Origin: Patescibacteria group bacterium
GTDB lineage: Bacteria > Patescibacteriota > Patescibacteriia > PEXW01
Assembly (NCBI GenBank): GCA_041665345.1
Contig: JBAYJA010000001.1
Span: 9,206 to 73,205, forward strand
Reading direction: 5' to 3'
Length of the DNA: 64,000 nucleotides
Position 1 is the stretch's first letter; each line of letters starts with the position of its first letter. The position numbers and the translations under genes are program-made. Below, in pieces: positions 53,729-64,000 of the stretch. The notes under the pieces were generated by a model, which was not told the DNA's origin, searched no databases, and worked only from the letters and a program-made list of their open reading frames with translations.

Positions 53729-56700
53729 ATGCCCGAAGACACACTCACCCTCAAAGATTTTTCCGCCATTCGCCTGCGCTTAGCATCGCCCGATGCGATT
53801 AAGCGTTGGTCGTACGGCGAGGTGACCAAGCCAGAAACCATTAACTACCGCACGCAAAAGCCGGAGAAGTCCGGGCTGTTTGCGGAAGAAATTTTTGGCC
53901 CCACCAAGGACTGGGAATGCTACTGCGGCAAGTACAAGCGCATTCGATACAAAGGTATTGTCTGCGACAAGTGCGGCGTGGAAGTGACGCGCGCCTTAGT
54001 CCGCCGTGAGCGCATGGGTCACATTGAGCTGGCTGCTCCGGTTTCCCACATCTGGTTCCTGCGCGGCGTGCCGTCCAAGATTGGCCTGTGCTTAGACCTG
54101 TCTGTCCAGGATTTGGAAAAGGTCATGTACTTTGCGGCATTTGTGATTACCGCGGTGGACGAACCCCTGCGCGTGGACACGCTGGCGCAAATTGAAGCCG
54201 AACTGGAAACCAAGCGAAAGATGATTGAGAGTGAAGCCCAGCGCGTGGCCGCCGACATTCAAGCCAAGAAAGCCCGGGATCTGGAAGCCGCCAAAGCCAA
54301 TGCTGACAAAATTGCCAAAGCCGAAGCCGCGGCAACGGATGCGCTGGCTGCCAATGCCGCCCGTAAGGCTGAGCGGCAGGATGCCTTGGACAACGCCGCA
54401 ACCGTGGCGAAGAAAGAGCTGCAGACCCTGCACCCCAAGCAGATTATTTCTGAACAGCAGTACCATGATCTGAGCTTGAAGTACGGCCACGTGTTTGAAG
54501 CGGGGATTGGTGCGGAAGCCATTCGGCTCCTGCTCCAGCAAATGCGCTTGGAAGATGTAATTAAAGCCTTGCAGGAAGAGCACGCCACCGGTTCGGAAGC
54601 CAAGCAGCGCAAAGCGATTCGTCGCTTGAAAGTCCTGAAGAGCATGCTGGTGAACCAGCTCCGGCCTGAGTGGATGATTCTCACCTCGCTGCCCGTCATT
54701 CCACCTGACCTGCGCCCAATGGTGCAGCTGGACGGTGGCCGGTTTGCCGCGTCAGATTTGAACGACCTGTACCGTCGCGTCATCAACCGGAACAACCGCC
54801 TGAAGCGCTTGCTGGAACTCAATGCTCCAGAAGTGATTACCCGCAACGAGAAGCGCATGTTGCAAGAAGCAGTGGACGCGCTCATTGATAACGGCGCTCG
54901 CCACGGCAAGACCGTGACTGCAGCCACAGGCCAGAAGCGCCAGCTGAAGTCCATTGCGGACATGCTGAAGGGGAAGCAGGGCCGGTTCCGCCAGAACCTG
55001 CTGGGCAAACGCGTGGACTACTCTGGCCGCTCGGTCATTGTGGTGGGTTCGCATTTGCACTTGCACCAGTGCGGTCTGCCCAAGCGCATGGCCTTGGAGC
55101 TCTTCAAACCTTTTGTTATTGCCCAGCTCATTAAGCGGGAGTACGTGCACAACGTGCGCAGCGCCAACCGCTTCATTGAGAGTGACCGCAGTGAAGTCTG
55201 GGACATTCTGGAAGAAATCACCAAGAACTCCCACGTACTGCTGAACCGCGCACCAACCCTGCACCGCTTGGGTATTCAGGCCTTCCAACCCGTGCTCATC
55301 GAAGGCAAAGCTATCCAGCTTCACCCTATGGTGTGTACGGCGTTCAACGCTGACTTCGACGGTGACCAAATGGCTGTGCACGTGCCGTTGACCGAAGCTG
55401 CGAAGAAGGAAGCTGCTGAGCTCATGCTCTCCACTAAGAACTTGCTGAAACCAGCAACCGGCACGCCGGTGGTCACGCCATCCCAGGACATTGTGCTGGG
55501 CTGCTTCTACCTCACCATGTTGCGCCCGCAGGAGAAACCCAAGAATTTCATGTCTCCGGATGAAGCCTACCTGGCTTTTGGGAATGGGCGCATTCCGCTG
55601 CAGGAAGAGATTCACGTCCGCATGGGTGCTGAGCGCATTGCCACCACCGTCGGCCGGCTCATTTTCAACGGCGTGATGCCCGAAGGTTGGCCGTACGTGA
55701 ACCAGCACTTGGATAAGAAGCGCTTGTCCATCATGGTTGGTGAATTCATTCAGAAGGCAGGCATGGAGCGCACGGTCCGCGTCATTGATGAATTGAAGAA
55801 CCTGGCTTTCACCCACCTGACCAAATCCGGCATTAGCTGGGGCATGGACGATCTCACCATTCCAAAAGAGAAAGCCGAAATTCTGAAGGTTGCGGACGAA
55901 AAAGTATTAGAACTCACACAGCACTACGAAATGGGTTTGCTGACGGATGATGAACGGCATAACCGCATTATTGAAGTGTGGGACCAGGCCAAGGGTCAAA
56001 TTCAGAAAGCCTGTAAGGCAACGTTGGATAGCTTTGGTCCAGTCTTCAGCATGATTGAATCTGGCGCGCGTGGCTCTTGGGGTCAGACCACCCAGATGAT
56101 GGGTATGAAAGGTTTGGTGACCAACCCAGCCGGTGACATTATTGAACTGCCAGTGCGCGGGAGCTTCAAAGAAGGCTTTGACGTGCTGGAGTACTTCATC
56201 TCCACCCACGGTGCGCGTAAGGGTTTGTCTGACACCGCCCTCCGCACGGCCAACGCTGGCTACCTCACCCGTCGTCTCATTGACGTCGCCCAGGACATTG
56301 TCATTGCCGAGGACCAGTGTGAAGACGAGGACGGCATGGTGCTGTACAAGGCTGACTCCGATGTGCTGGGTGAAACCGTGGCACAGCGCGCCTTGGGTCG
56401 CACCAGCTTGCAACGCGTGTCTGATCCGGAAACACGAAAAGTGATTGTGCAGAAGAACGCCTTGATCACTGAAGACATTCTCCCAGTGCTGGAGAAGCTA
56501 GATTTGGCTGAACTCCGCATTCGCTCCGTGCTCACCTGCAAAGCCAAGCGCGGCTTGTGCGCTGCATGCTACGGGTATGACCTGGGGTACAACCGCTTGG
56601 TGGCCAAGGGGATTGCCGTGGGGATCATTGCCGCCCAGTCCATTGGTGAACCTGGCACCCAGCTGACCATGCGGACCTTCCACACTGGGGGTGTAGCCGG

Positions 56701-57592
56701 GCATGACATTACCCAAGGTCTGCCACGCGTGGAAGAACTCTTTGAAGCTCGGCCGGTGAAGAAGCCCGCAATTTTGGCAGGCATCGCCGGAACGCTTTCC
56801 ATTGCCGAGGGTGAAAAAGGTGAAAAGATTTTGCGGATTCATGGTCGCGGTCAAGCTGCAGACACCTACCCACTGAAGCGCGGCTTCAAAGCCGTGGTGG
56901 CGGACGGTGCAACCGTGGAAGCCGGGGCTACCTTGGCAGAATCGAAGGGCAAGGATCCAGTTGTTGCCACGGACGGTGGCATTGTGAAGCTGGGCGGTGC
57001 AACCGTGGTGAACATTCACCGGGAGAAGGACACCGTGGAAGAGAGCGTGGTGCTTCCTGGCGATACGATCCTGGTGAAAGATGGTGACTTGGTGAACCCA
57101 GGCCAGCAACTCACCGAAGGCAGCTTGGACATCCACCAGCTCTTCCGCCTGCAAGGTGAACGCGCGGTGCAGGACTACCTCATTAAGGAAACCCAGTTCA
57201 TCTACTCGTCCCAAGGGCAGAAATTGAATGCCAAGCACATTGAAGTCATTGTGCGGCAAATGTTCTCCCGCGTGGCCGTGGCTGACGCTGGTTCCACCGA
57301 GCTCATTGCCGGGGAAATTATTGAGCGCAACCAGTTTGACGCCGCCAATGTGAAAGCCACGGCGAAGAATAAGACTTTGGCCAAGGGCGAAGTGCTGCTG
57401 TACGGCATCACCAAAGCCTCGCTTTCCATTGATAGCTTCCTCTCCGCCGCGTCCTTCCAAGAAACTGCCCGCGTGCTCATTGACGCCGCAGTTTCCGGGA
57501 AGATTGACAAGCTCCGCGGTCTGAAGGAGAACGTCATCATCGGTAAGCTCATCCCCGCTGGAACCGGGTTCCGGCCGGACGATGTTCGCTAA
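53729..57592 (+). CDS. rpoC: DNA-directed RNA polymerase subunit beta'.
   Basis: Zn finger CYCGKYKRIRYKGIVCDKCGVEV, the catalytic NADFDGDQM, and a trigger-loop region. Confidence 0.95.
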   Translation: MPEDTLTLKDFSAIRLRLASPDAIKRWSYGEVTKPETINYRTQKPEKSGLFAEEIFGPTKDWECYCGKYKRIRYKGIVCDKCGVEVTRALVRRERMGHIELAAPVSHIWFLRGVPSKIGLCLDLSVQDLEKVMYFAAFVITAVDEPLRVDTLAQIEAELETKRKMIESEAQRVAADIQAKKARDLEAAKANADKIAKAEAAATDALAANAARKAERQDALDNAATVAKKELQTLHPKQIISEQQYHDLSLKYGHVFEAGIGAEAIRLLLQQMRLEDVIKALQEEHATGSEAKQRKAIRRLKVLKSMLVNQLRPEWMILTSLPVIPPDLRPMVQLDGGRFAASDLNDLYRRVINRNNRLKRLLELNAPEVITRNEKRMLQEAVDALIDNGARHGKTVTAATGQKRQLKSIADMLKGKQGRFRQNLLGKRVDYSGRSVIVVGSHLHLHQCGLPKRMALELFKPFVIAQLIKREYVHNVRSANRFIESDRSEVWDILEEITKNSHVLLNRAPTLHRLGIQAFQPVLIEGKAIQLHPMVCTAFNADFDGDQMAVHVPLTEAAKKEAAELMLSTKNLLKPATGTPVVTPSQDIVLGCFYLTMLRPQEKPKNFMSPDEAYLAFGNGRIPLQEEIHVRMGAERIATTVGRLIFNGVMPEGWPYVNQHLDKKRLSIMVGEFIQKAGMERTVRVIDELKNLAFTHLTKSGISWGMDDLTIPKEKAEILKVADEKVLELTQHYEMGLLTDDERHNRIIEVWDQAKGQIQKACKATLDSFGPVFSMIESGARGSWGQTTQMMGMKGLVTNPAGDIIELPVRGSFKEGFDVLEYFISTHGARKGLSDTALRTANAGYLTRRLIDVAQDIVIAEDQCEDEDGMVLYKADSDVLGETVAQRALGRTSLQRVSDPETRKVIVQKNALITEDILPVLEKLDLAELRIRSVLTCKAKRGLCAACYGYDLGYNRLVAKGIAVGIIAAQSIGEPGTQLTMRTFHTGGVAGHDITQGLPRVEELFEARPVKKPAILAGIAGTLSIAEGEKGEKILRIHGRGQAADTYPLKRGFKAVVADGATVEAGATLAESKGKDPVVATDGGIVKLGGATVVNIHREKDTVEESVVLPGDTILVKDGDLVNPGQQLTEGSLDIHQLFRLQGERAVQDYLIKETQFIYSSQGQKLNAKHIEVIVRQMFSRVAVADAGSTELIAGEIIERNQFDAANVKATAKNKTLAKGEVLLYGITKASLSIDSFLSAASFQETARVLIDAAVSGKIDKLRGLKENVIIGKLIPAGTGFRPDDVR

Positions 57593-57618
57593 AGCCTATT
57601 CAAAAAAGTAGACTCCCA

Positions 57619-57646
57619 AGCCCCGGCTCTCTAGCCGGGGCTTTTG
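57619..57646 (+). terminator. Intrinsic terminator after rpoC.
   Basis: AGCCCCGGCT-ctct-AGCCGGGGCTTTT. Confidence 0.6.
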
Positions 57647-57850
57647 GATACGACGGAGTTACGCATTTGACAAATCCTGCCCTCGCGCTAAAGTAAGGCA
57701 TTCTTTGACAAACATTTGAGCGGAGCTTGAAGTGCCTGAATGTGGGCATTGCAAACTCTTCTCAAATCATCACATTCACGAGAAGCGTCTCCGGCCACGA
57801 GCAGTGGCAACAAATCTCAGTTTCGGGCTTTCAGCCTGAAAGGAGTGACA

Positions 57851-58732
57851 ATGAGTAAGTATGGAAAGTACAGGGGGAATGACATTGAAGCGGTCTTCAA
57901 CATGCTCGGCGGTGAAGCAGTTGTTGACGCTATGCTGCAAGGTACAAAGCAGGCAAGGATTGAAGATGTCATTCTGACGCTCTTCGATAGGCATGGTCGC
58001 GGCATTCCAAGGGGTCTGCAATCATCGGTCTGCGACGAAAGTCGGTTATTCCATTTGCAGATACCAGGGATGGATTTTGGAAAATTATTGGAACGCCTGA
58101 CCGCTGTGTTCCCGGAAGGTACCGTCTTCTCTACTGTGCAGGAACTTCAAGATGAAGTCCAAGAGATTCTGGCGATCATTACTACTGATCCACAATTGAA
58201 GAATTGCCTAGGTCGTACATGGTTTCCGTTGACTCTACCAAAGATTGAGGCTGGTGATTACGGCACGATATTGGAAACAACTTTTGTCGCCGCGGTTGAG
58301 AAGGCGTACCTCAAGGCATTTCCCGACCGGTCATTCATAAACCATTGCAAGGGCGAGCTTGGTGATCAAGTGAGCATTGTGCATCCAAGTCACAAGTGCT
58401 TGGTGGCAAAAATGCAAAAAGGGCCAGTAGCCGGCATCTTTCTCCCGAATTCTTTGCAGGGGTTTTCCATTCCGGCAGATAGAGAGTTTGCCGATCAGCT
58501 ACCAGAAATTTTCCATCTTGCTGGCGGCTACGATTTCTGCACTGCCATGGCCGGGTACCCTGAGGTTCTTGCTCGGAATTTTTTTGTTCCAGGTTATGAT
58601 ATGGCAGGGGTTAAGTGGCAGTCCGAGGGCTATTCGCTGTATCTCGGAGCCAGCGATGACGGTCTTGGGTTCGGCGGCAAATTTCTGGGCGCCTGTGTTC
58701 AAGACTCGGGTGGGCTATTCATTGCCCGGTAG
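57851..58732 (+). CDS. Hypothetical protein (293 aa) downstream of rpoBC.
   Basis: Start refined to the ATG at 57851 after AGGAGTGACA. No recognisable motif. A leader of about 170 nt follows a TTGACA-16-TAAAGT promoter. Confidence 0.4.
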   Translation: MSKYGKYRGNDIEAVFNMLGGEAVVDAMLQGTKQARIEDVILTLFDRHGRGIPRGLQSSVCDESRLFHLQIPGMDFGKLLERLTAVFPEGTVFSTVQELQDEVQEILAIITTDPQLKNCLGRTWFPLTLPKIEAGDYGTILETTFVAAVEKAYLKAFPDRSFINHCKGELGDQVSIVHPSHKCLVAKMQKGPVAGIFLPNSLQGFSIPADREFADQLPEIFHLAGGYDFCTAMAGYPEVLARNFFVPGYDMAGVKWQSEGYSLYLGASDDGLGFGGKFLGACVQDSGGLFIAR

Positions 58733-58846
58733 AGATTTCTCATTGCACCTTCAATACTCCCAAGGTGGCGTACATCCGTATGCCACCTTTTTTCATACTC
58801 AAAACTCGTCAAAAAGCCAGAAAAATGGTAAACTTCCATTTACGAT

Positions 58847-61156
58847 ATGGCGCAACGACCGAAATCATCAGACCACGCTGCCCGTCCGGATGCGGAGGAG
58901 CAGGAAGCTTTGGCTCCTGTCCGAACCCAGCGGCAAAATAGCGGAACCAGGAATCGTTCTGCCCGGGTGGAGCGGCAGACCCACGCACCCTTGAAGCCAG
59001 AGACGCGGCAAGGAGTGGCAATCACCATTCTCATCGCGGTTGGCGCGCTGAGTGTTCTGAGTCTCTTTGGCATTGCTGGGGGTTTTGGGAAAGGCTTTGA
59101 TAGCATCCTCCGCTGGCTCTTTGGCTGGGCGCGGTTTGCATTCCCGGTGGTCTTGGGTGTGTGGGTCAGCTTTTTGTTCCGGCCACAGAAGTTTTCACTT
59201 CGCCCGGCGAATTACGTTGGGCTGGTCGTGGCGTGGTTTGGGTTTGCCGGTTTGCTGCAGCTCACTATCCCAGTGGTGGAAATGGGGGAGCGAATTGGCG
59301 ACGGCAGCGGTGGCGGGGCTTTTGGTCTGGCACTGGCCTGGCCATTGGTTTCTGCCATGGGGATTTTTGCCAGCGCCATCGTCCTCCTCGCCCTTCTGCT
59401 CGTTGGGCTCTTGGTCATGCTCGATGTGTCTTTGAACACCCTGGCAGAGCGCGGGAATATTTTCCGCCGGCTGCGCTACCAGTGGCTGGCTATGACGCAC
59501 AATCTTCGGGCTGCACAGCGCGTGGAAGAGGTAGCGCCCCCGCCAATGGAAACCGCTGACGAAGATGAAGAAGAGATTCCCCCGGAAGAGGATTTGGGCT
59601 TTTCCTCACGCGACGTTGGTGCAGCGGATGCACCGGCGCCTGCTGAACCCAAGAAACCCCGCGTTCGCCGGCACATCACCTTCCCCATAGATTTGCTTGA
59701 TGCCACGCCCAGCAAGCCCACCAGTGGCGACATTCGGACGAACACAGAGCGCATTCAAAAAACCTTTGCCAACTTTGGCATTGCGGTGGAAATGGGTGAT
59801 GTGAACGTTGGTCCAACCGTCACGCAGTTCACCATGAAGCCCGCTGACGGCGTGAAGCTCACCTCCATTACTTCACTCTCGAACGACTTAGCCCTGGCTT
59901 TGGCCGCTCATCCCATACGCATTGAGGCGCCCATTCCTGGCAAGTCCTTGGTAGGCATTGAAGTGCCAAACCAATCCTCGGCCATTGTCCGCTTGCACGA
60001 TCTCCTGAACTCCAAAGCCTATAGCCAGCGGCAGTCACCGTTGAGCGTCGCTATTGGGAAGAGCGTGAACGGCGATTCGTTCATTGCGGACGTGGATAAG
60101 ATGCCCCACCTACTCATCGCTGGTGCCACGGGGTCTGGAAAATCCGTCTGCATCAACACTGTCCTCCTCTCTTTGCTCTACGCCAACGGACCCGATGACC
60201 TGAAGCTCATCCTGGTTGACCCCAAGCGGGTGGAGCTCACCAACTACAATGGCATTCCGCATCTCCTAACCCCGGTCATTACCGAAGTGCCCAAGACGAT
60301 CAATGCCTTGCGCTGGGTGGTGGGGGAAATGGATCGGCGTTTCCAGTTGCTCTCCACGGTGGGCAAGCGCAACATTCAAGCGTACAATGCGCAAAACCCT
60401 GACCCCCTGCCATATCTGGTGGTGGTCATTGATGAGCTAGCAGACCTTATGGCCGTGGCTGCACGGGAAGTGGAAGCGGCCATCATCCGCCTGGCGCAAA
60501 TGGCCCGCGCCGTGGGTATTCACCTTATCGTGGCGACCCAGCGTCCTTCGGTGGATGTCATCACTGGGTTAATTAAAGCGAACATTACCAACCGCATTGC
60601 CTTCACCGTTGCATCAGCCATTGACTCCCGCACTATTCTGGACTCACCTGGAGCTGAAAAATTACTGGGTCGTGGTGACATGCTCTTCAGCTCGCCAGAG
60701 CTGAGCAAACCCAAGCGTTTGCAAGGTTGCTTTGTGGCGGATGTGGAAATTGAACGGGTGGTGAAAGCGCTGAAAGTGCAAGCGCAACCTGAGTACAATG
60801 CAGATATTGTGGAAAAACCCCATGGTCTCATTGGGGGCAGCAATGGCATGGCCGCACCTGAGGATGAAGCAGACGGGAGCGATGATGAATTACTGGAAGA
60901 AGCGAAGGCGGTTATCATCCGCGCGCAGAAAGCTTCTGCCTCCTTGCTCCAGCGCCGTTTGCGCGTTGGGTATGCCCGCGCTGCCCGCTTGCTGGACTTG
61001 CTGGAAGAGCAGGGTGTGATTGGCCCGGGTGAAGGTGCCAAGCCCCGTGAGGTACGCGTGCAGGCGGATCCCAACGAAGGTATTCCCATTCCAGACAACG
61101 ATCTGGAGGATGACCACGATGTGCTTCCGCCGCAGAATCAGCCACCGGTGGCATGA
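58847..61156 (+). CDS. ftsK: DNA translocase FtsK/SpoIIIE.
   Basis: N-terminal TM helices, a motor domain with Walker A GATGSGKSV and Walker B VVVIDELADL, and a C-terminal gamma domain resembling a winged helix. Confidence 0.9.
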   Translation: MAQRPKSSDHAARPDAEEQEALAPVRTQRQNSGTRNRSARVERQTHAPLKPETRQGVAITILIAVGALSVLSLFGIAGGFGKGFDSILRWLFGWARFAFPVVLGVWVSFLFRPQKFSLRPANYVGLVVAWFGFAGLLQLTIPVVEMGERIGDGSGGGAFGLALAWPLVSAMGIFASAIVLLALLLVGLLVMLDVSLNTLAERGNIFRRLRYQWLAMTHNLRAAQRVEEVAPPPMETADEDEEEIPPEEDLGFSSRDVGAADAPAPAEPKKPRVRRHITFPIDLLDATPSKPTSGDIRTNTERIQKTFANFGIAVEMGDVNVGPTVTQFTMKPADGVKLTSITSLSNDLALALAAHPIRIEAPIPGKSLVGIEVPNQSSAIVRLHDLLNSKAYSQRQSPLSVAIGKSVNGDSFIADVDKMPHLLIAGATGSGKSVCINTVLLSLLYANGPDDLKLILVDPKRVELTNYNGIPHLLTPVITEVPKTINALRWVVGEMDRRFQLLSTVGKRNIQAYNAQNPDPLPYLVVVIDELADLMAVAAREVEAAIIRLAQMARAVGIHLIVATQRPSVDVITGLIKANITNRIAFTVASAIDSRTILDSPGAEKLLGRGDMLFSSPELSKPKRLQGCFVADVEIERVVKALKVQAQPEYNADIVEKPHGLIGGSNGMAAPEDEADGSDDELLEEAKAVIIRAQKASASLLQRRLRVGYARAARLLDLLEEQGVIGPGEGAKPREVRVQADPNEGIPIPDNDLEDDHDVLPPQNQPPVA

Positions 61157-61884
61157 GTGACACGCAGCCGCAAGGGAGCAGTGGGAAGCAGAAATCGTTT
61201 CACCGGCGTGCGTTACCCAATGACACCTTAGGTGAAGCACTCCGCAGCGTCCGGGAGGACGCGGGTTTGAGCGTGGAAGCACTTGGCCAGCAGGCAGGAG
61301 TCCAAGCCAAGTACATTGTGGCTATTGAGGCCGGACGGTACGATCAAACGCCTGGACCTGTGTACCTTCGTGGTTTCTTACGACAGATTGCGGCGGCACT
61401 GGATGTTTCGGTGGAAAGTGTGTTGGCTCGTTTTGAAGCTGAACCGCGCGGGTACGTGCCCACCGCACAGTCTGCAGCCAAAGGCTTTGCCCAGCAACAG
61501 GCCGCCACTGATGCGCAAACGCAGCGTATGCATCCACGGTCTGCCCGTTGGCTCATCGCTGGTGGAATCTTAGTCCTGGCTGTGGTGTACTTTGCCATTT
61601 CTATCCTGGGCATTGTATTGCCCCCACCCCTGACCGTCACTGAGCCAAGTGCAGACATCATTGTGAACTCTCCGCAGGTTACTGTGGTGGGACAGAGCGC
61701 CGCAGAAGTGACCGTGGAAGTGAATGGGAAGCCAGTGTCCGTGGATGCGCGCGGCGGTTTTCGGGAAGCTGTGGATTTGCAGGCCGGGGTGAATACCTTG
61801 ACCATTACCGCCCGAAAAAAGCGCAGCCGTCCGGCCACAGTGACCCGCCGTATTCTCGTCCAGGTTCCGGCTGTGGTACAATAG
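61153..61884 (+). CDS. RodZ-like protein with an XRE-type HTH, a TM segment and a C-terminal domain.
   Basis: LGEALRSVREDAGLSVEALGQQAGVQAKYIVAIEAGRYD...VYLRGFLRQIAAALDV, then the TM segment WLIAGGILVLAVVYFAISILGIVL. Confidence 0.55.
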   Translation: MSDTQPQGSSGKQKSFHRRALPNDTLGEALRSVREDAGLSVEALGQQAGVQAKYIVAIEAGRYDQTPGPVYLRGFLRQIAAALDVSVESVLARFEAEPRGYVPTAQSAAKGFAQQQAATDAQTQRMHPRSARWLIAGGILVLAVVYFAISILGIVLPPPLTVTEPSADIIVNSPQVTVVGQSAAEVTVEVNGKPVSVDARGGFREAVDLQAGVNTLTITARKKRSRPATVTRRILVQVPAVVQ

Positions 61885-61947
61885 GCGAGCTCCGGAAACG
61901 GGGCCTGACAGGGCGAATCTCACCATTTATTGAGTTATTTTTCTCCT

Positions 61948-63003
61948 ATGGCAAAAGCAAAAAACACTACTCCAGCAGCCCCGTCTCTGGATGCCCGGCA
62001 CAAGGCCGCGCAGGAAGCAATTAGCCAGATTCAGGACCGTTTTGGCGAGGGCTCCATTATGACCCTGGCCAAGCAAACCGTGCAGCGTGTGGAAGCCATT
62101 CCCACTGGCTGCTTGTCCTTGGACCTCGCCCTGGGCGTGGGCGGCGTGCCCCGCGGTCGGGTCATTGAAATTTTCGGTCCGGAAGCTTCCGGGAAAACCA
62201 CCCTCACCCTGCACATCATTGCCGAAGTGCAGAAGGAGAAGGGGATTGCCGCATTCGTGGACGCAGAGCATGCTCTGGACCCGGACTACGCACGCAAGGT
62301 TGGTGTGAATGTGGATGAGCTGCTCATCTCCCAGCCAGACAACGGCGAGCAAGCTTTGGAAATTGTGGAAACCCTGGTTCGCAGCAATGGCGTGGACGTC
62401 ATTGTGGTGGACTCGGTGGCGGCGCTCACCCCCAAGGCGGAAATTGAAGGCGAGATGGGGGACAGCCACATGGGTTTGCAAGCCCGGCTCATGAGCCAGG
62501 CCCTGCGGAAGCTCACCGCCATTATTGCCAAGACGAAGACCGTGGTCATCTTCATCAACCAGACCCGCATGAAGATCGGCATCATGTTCGGCAACCCGGA
62601 GACAACTACCGGCGGCATGGCCTTGAAGTTCTACTCCTCGGTACGCATTGACGTGCGCCGCATTGCCCAGCTGAAGAGCGGGGAAGCCATTGTGGGCAAC
62701 CGCGTGAAGTCCAAGATCGTCAAGAACAAAGTTGCTCCGCCCTTCCGCGTGGCCGAGTTTGACATTATGTACGCCGAAGGTATTTCCGCCAGCGGTGACC
62801 TCATTGACCTGGGCCTGGCTCAAGGTGTACTAGAGAAGTCCGGCAACACCGTGAGTTTTGGCGAGCAGAAGCTGGGCGTGGGTCGCGAACAGAGTAAGAC
62901 TTTCCTCCGGGAAAACCCCAAAGTTGCTGCAGACCTCCGCGCCGCAATCCTCAAGCGGGTGAAAGAGAAGGAAGCGGAAGAGAAGGTAGGGAAGCCGAGT
63001 TAA
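61948..63003 (+). CDS. recA: Recombinase A.
   Basis: Walker [10 protein letters not shown], the L1/L2 loop regions, and [23 protein letters not shown]. Start chosen at ATG 61948. Confidence 0.95.
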   Translation: MAKAKNTTPAAPSLDARHKAAQEAISQIQDRFGEGSIMTLAKQTVQRVEAIPTGCLSLDLALGVGGVPRGRVIEIFGPEASGKTTLTLHIIAEVQKEKGIAAFVDAEHALDPDYARKVGVNVDELLISQPDNGEQALEIVETLVRSNGVDVIVVDSVAALTPKAEIEGEMGDSHMGLQARLMSQALRKLTAIIAKTKTVVIFINQTRMKIGIMFGNPETTTGGMALKFYSSVRIDVRRIAQLKSGEAIVGNRVKSKIVKNKVAPPFRVAEFDIMYAEGISASGDLIDLGLAQGVLEKSGNTVSFGEQKLGVGREQSKTFLRENPKVAADLRAAILKRVKEKEAEEKVGKPS

Positions 63004-63068
63004 GAACTTTGAAAGAGGAACTGAGAACCAGAAGAGCTCCGCAGGTGCGGGGCTTTTTGGCACTATGC

Positions 63069-63097
63069 TTGACATATTTTCGATTATTTGTTACATT
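63069..63097 (+). promoter_or_regulatory. Sigma70-like promoter for the 63181 gene.
   Basis: TTGACA, a 17-nt spacer, then TACATT. Confidence 0.35.
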
Positions 63098-63180
63098 TCT
63101 TGGTCAAGAAATAGTAGAAATATTTTAACTCAAAATGTGGATCCAACCTTGATCGTTGGATAAGAAATTGGAGGAAAACT

Positions 63181-63807
63181 TTGAAAGATTTGGATCATGC
63201 CATCATCGTGAAGTTAAATGGCAGAGAAACTGACACGTTGGTGACCGAAGCACAAATACGTGAAGCAGGTGAAAAAATTCGTGCTGAGCTTGTAAAATTA
63301 TCCCTGCCAAGCTGGTACATTGAAAAGCTTATTACGATTAATGCAAAAAAGGTTGCTCAAAGCCTCGATGAGGTATTCCAGGGTTGCGTTGGGATGTTTA
63401 ATGAAGTTATCGTCCGAAAGGTGAAGGTAGATCGGAACCGCACTTCAGAACAGGTGTTGGCAGCCACTGGTAAGCGAGTTACGATTGCTGGCAATATGCC
63501 AAATGGCGCAGGAGAAGAAGTTGATGTTTTTTTCTTCCCCATAACTAAAAGTCCTGACAAATATACTATTTATTGGGGTCTGAAGCTACATGGTCTGAAA
63601 GCTGATCCCTATGCAGTAGCTCAAGTCAATATCGACGATCCAGAATTTGCCACCACGCATCCCAATGGAACTCTCTGGGAACGCAATCCAAATAGCGGTA
63701 GCAATTCAGACTGGAGCCACCTACAAGTAACGGCTGAATTCGTTGAAGTCAGCATCAGCTGGCAACGTTGGCACGGTGAATGGTGGATCGGTGGTGTCCT
63801 CGCCTAA
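63181..63807 (+). CDS. Hypothetical protein in a locally AT-rich segment.
   Basis: TTG start after GGAGGA. No motif. The flanks are AT-rich relative to the rest of the window. Confidence 0.35.
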   Translation: MKDLDHAIIVKLNGRETDTLVTEAQIREAGEKIRAELVKLSLPSWYIEKLITINAKKVAQSLDEVFQGCVGMFNEVIVRKVKVDRNRTSEQVLAATGKRVTIAGNMPNGAGEEVDVFFFPITKSPDKYTIYWGLKLHGLKADPYAVAQVNIDDPEFATTHPNGTLWERNPNSGSNSDWSHLQVTAEFVEVSISWQRWHGEWWIGGVLA

Positions 63808-64000
63808 TGCTCATTCAATTTGACGGTAGTAAAGTCCCCGCATCATCACTGGTGCGGGGCTCTTCTGTATCCACGATGTAGATTAACGCGATGCTGAGGT
63901 AACGTGCTTTACGTCTGCATCATCAAGCACGTGCTTTGTATGGAGAACGTCCATGAGCATCTCAATCTTGCGATCTGGTCTGCGGTTCAGTACAACCAGG

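Noticed and set aside
1-64000. CRISPR arrays and rRNA genes.
   Set aside because: No regularly spaced direct repeats and no rRNA-like conserved segments were seen. The repeats present are terminator or promoter modules at gene ends.

Overview
This 64-kb window looks like a bacterial chromosome with tight coding density and strong AGGAGG ribosome-binding sites. Several products are CPR/Patescibacteria-like (a lamin-tail-domain surface protein, a FemAB-family transferase, standalone receiver and zinc-ribbon proteins), but this is an impression from the sequence, not a database result. Core housekeeping genes are clear: polA, gpmA-like, holA, rpsT, purF, uvrB, ruvA, prs, speH (AdoMetDC), uvrD/pcrA-like, rarA, a Mur ligase, rpoB-rpoC, ftsK, a rodZ-like gene, recA, and tRNA-Arg(CCG). 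Between these lie several accessory or unusual loci. (1) A tightly coupled four-gene minus-strand operon (18592-21834) ends in a MORC/HSP90-like GHKL ATPase and carries three small proteins with HTH-like segments; this is the best candidate for an undescribed system. (2) Four tandem paralogous genes in an A-B-A-B pattern (31209-35090), each with its own sigma70-like promoter and an essentially identical intrinsic terminator. (3) A 5' tRNA-Arg fragment with a palindromic insertion in its anticodon loop, followed by a GIY-YIG (YhbQ-type) nuclease gene that runs into an intact tRNA-Arg(CCG). (4) An IS200/RAYT-type tyrosine transposase carrying an in-frame 60-bp double-hairpin insertion. (5) Two paralogous membrane proteins and an HD-GYP protein, the two adjacent genes driven by near-identical promoters that enclose a CAGCTG palindrome. 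There are also two families of conserved intrinsic terminators, an unannotated 30-aa zinc-ribbon ORF, a metalloprotease gene split by a frameshift, and dispersed purine-rich CGTAAG/GGAGGG repeat patches downstream of genes. No CRISPR arrays or rRNA genes were seen.
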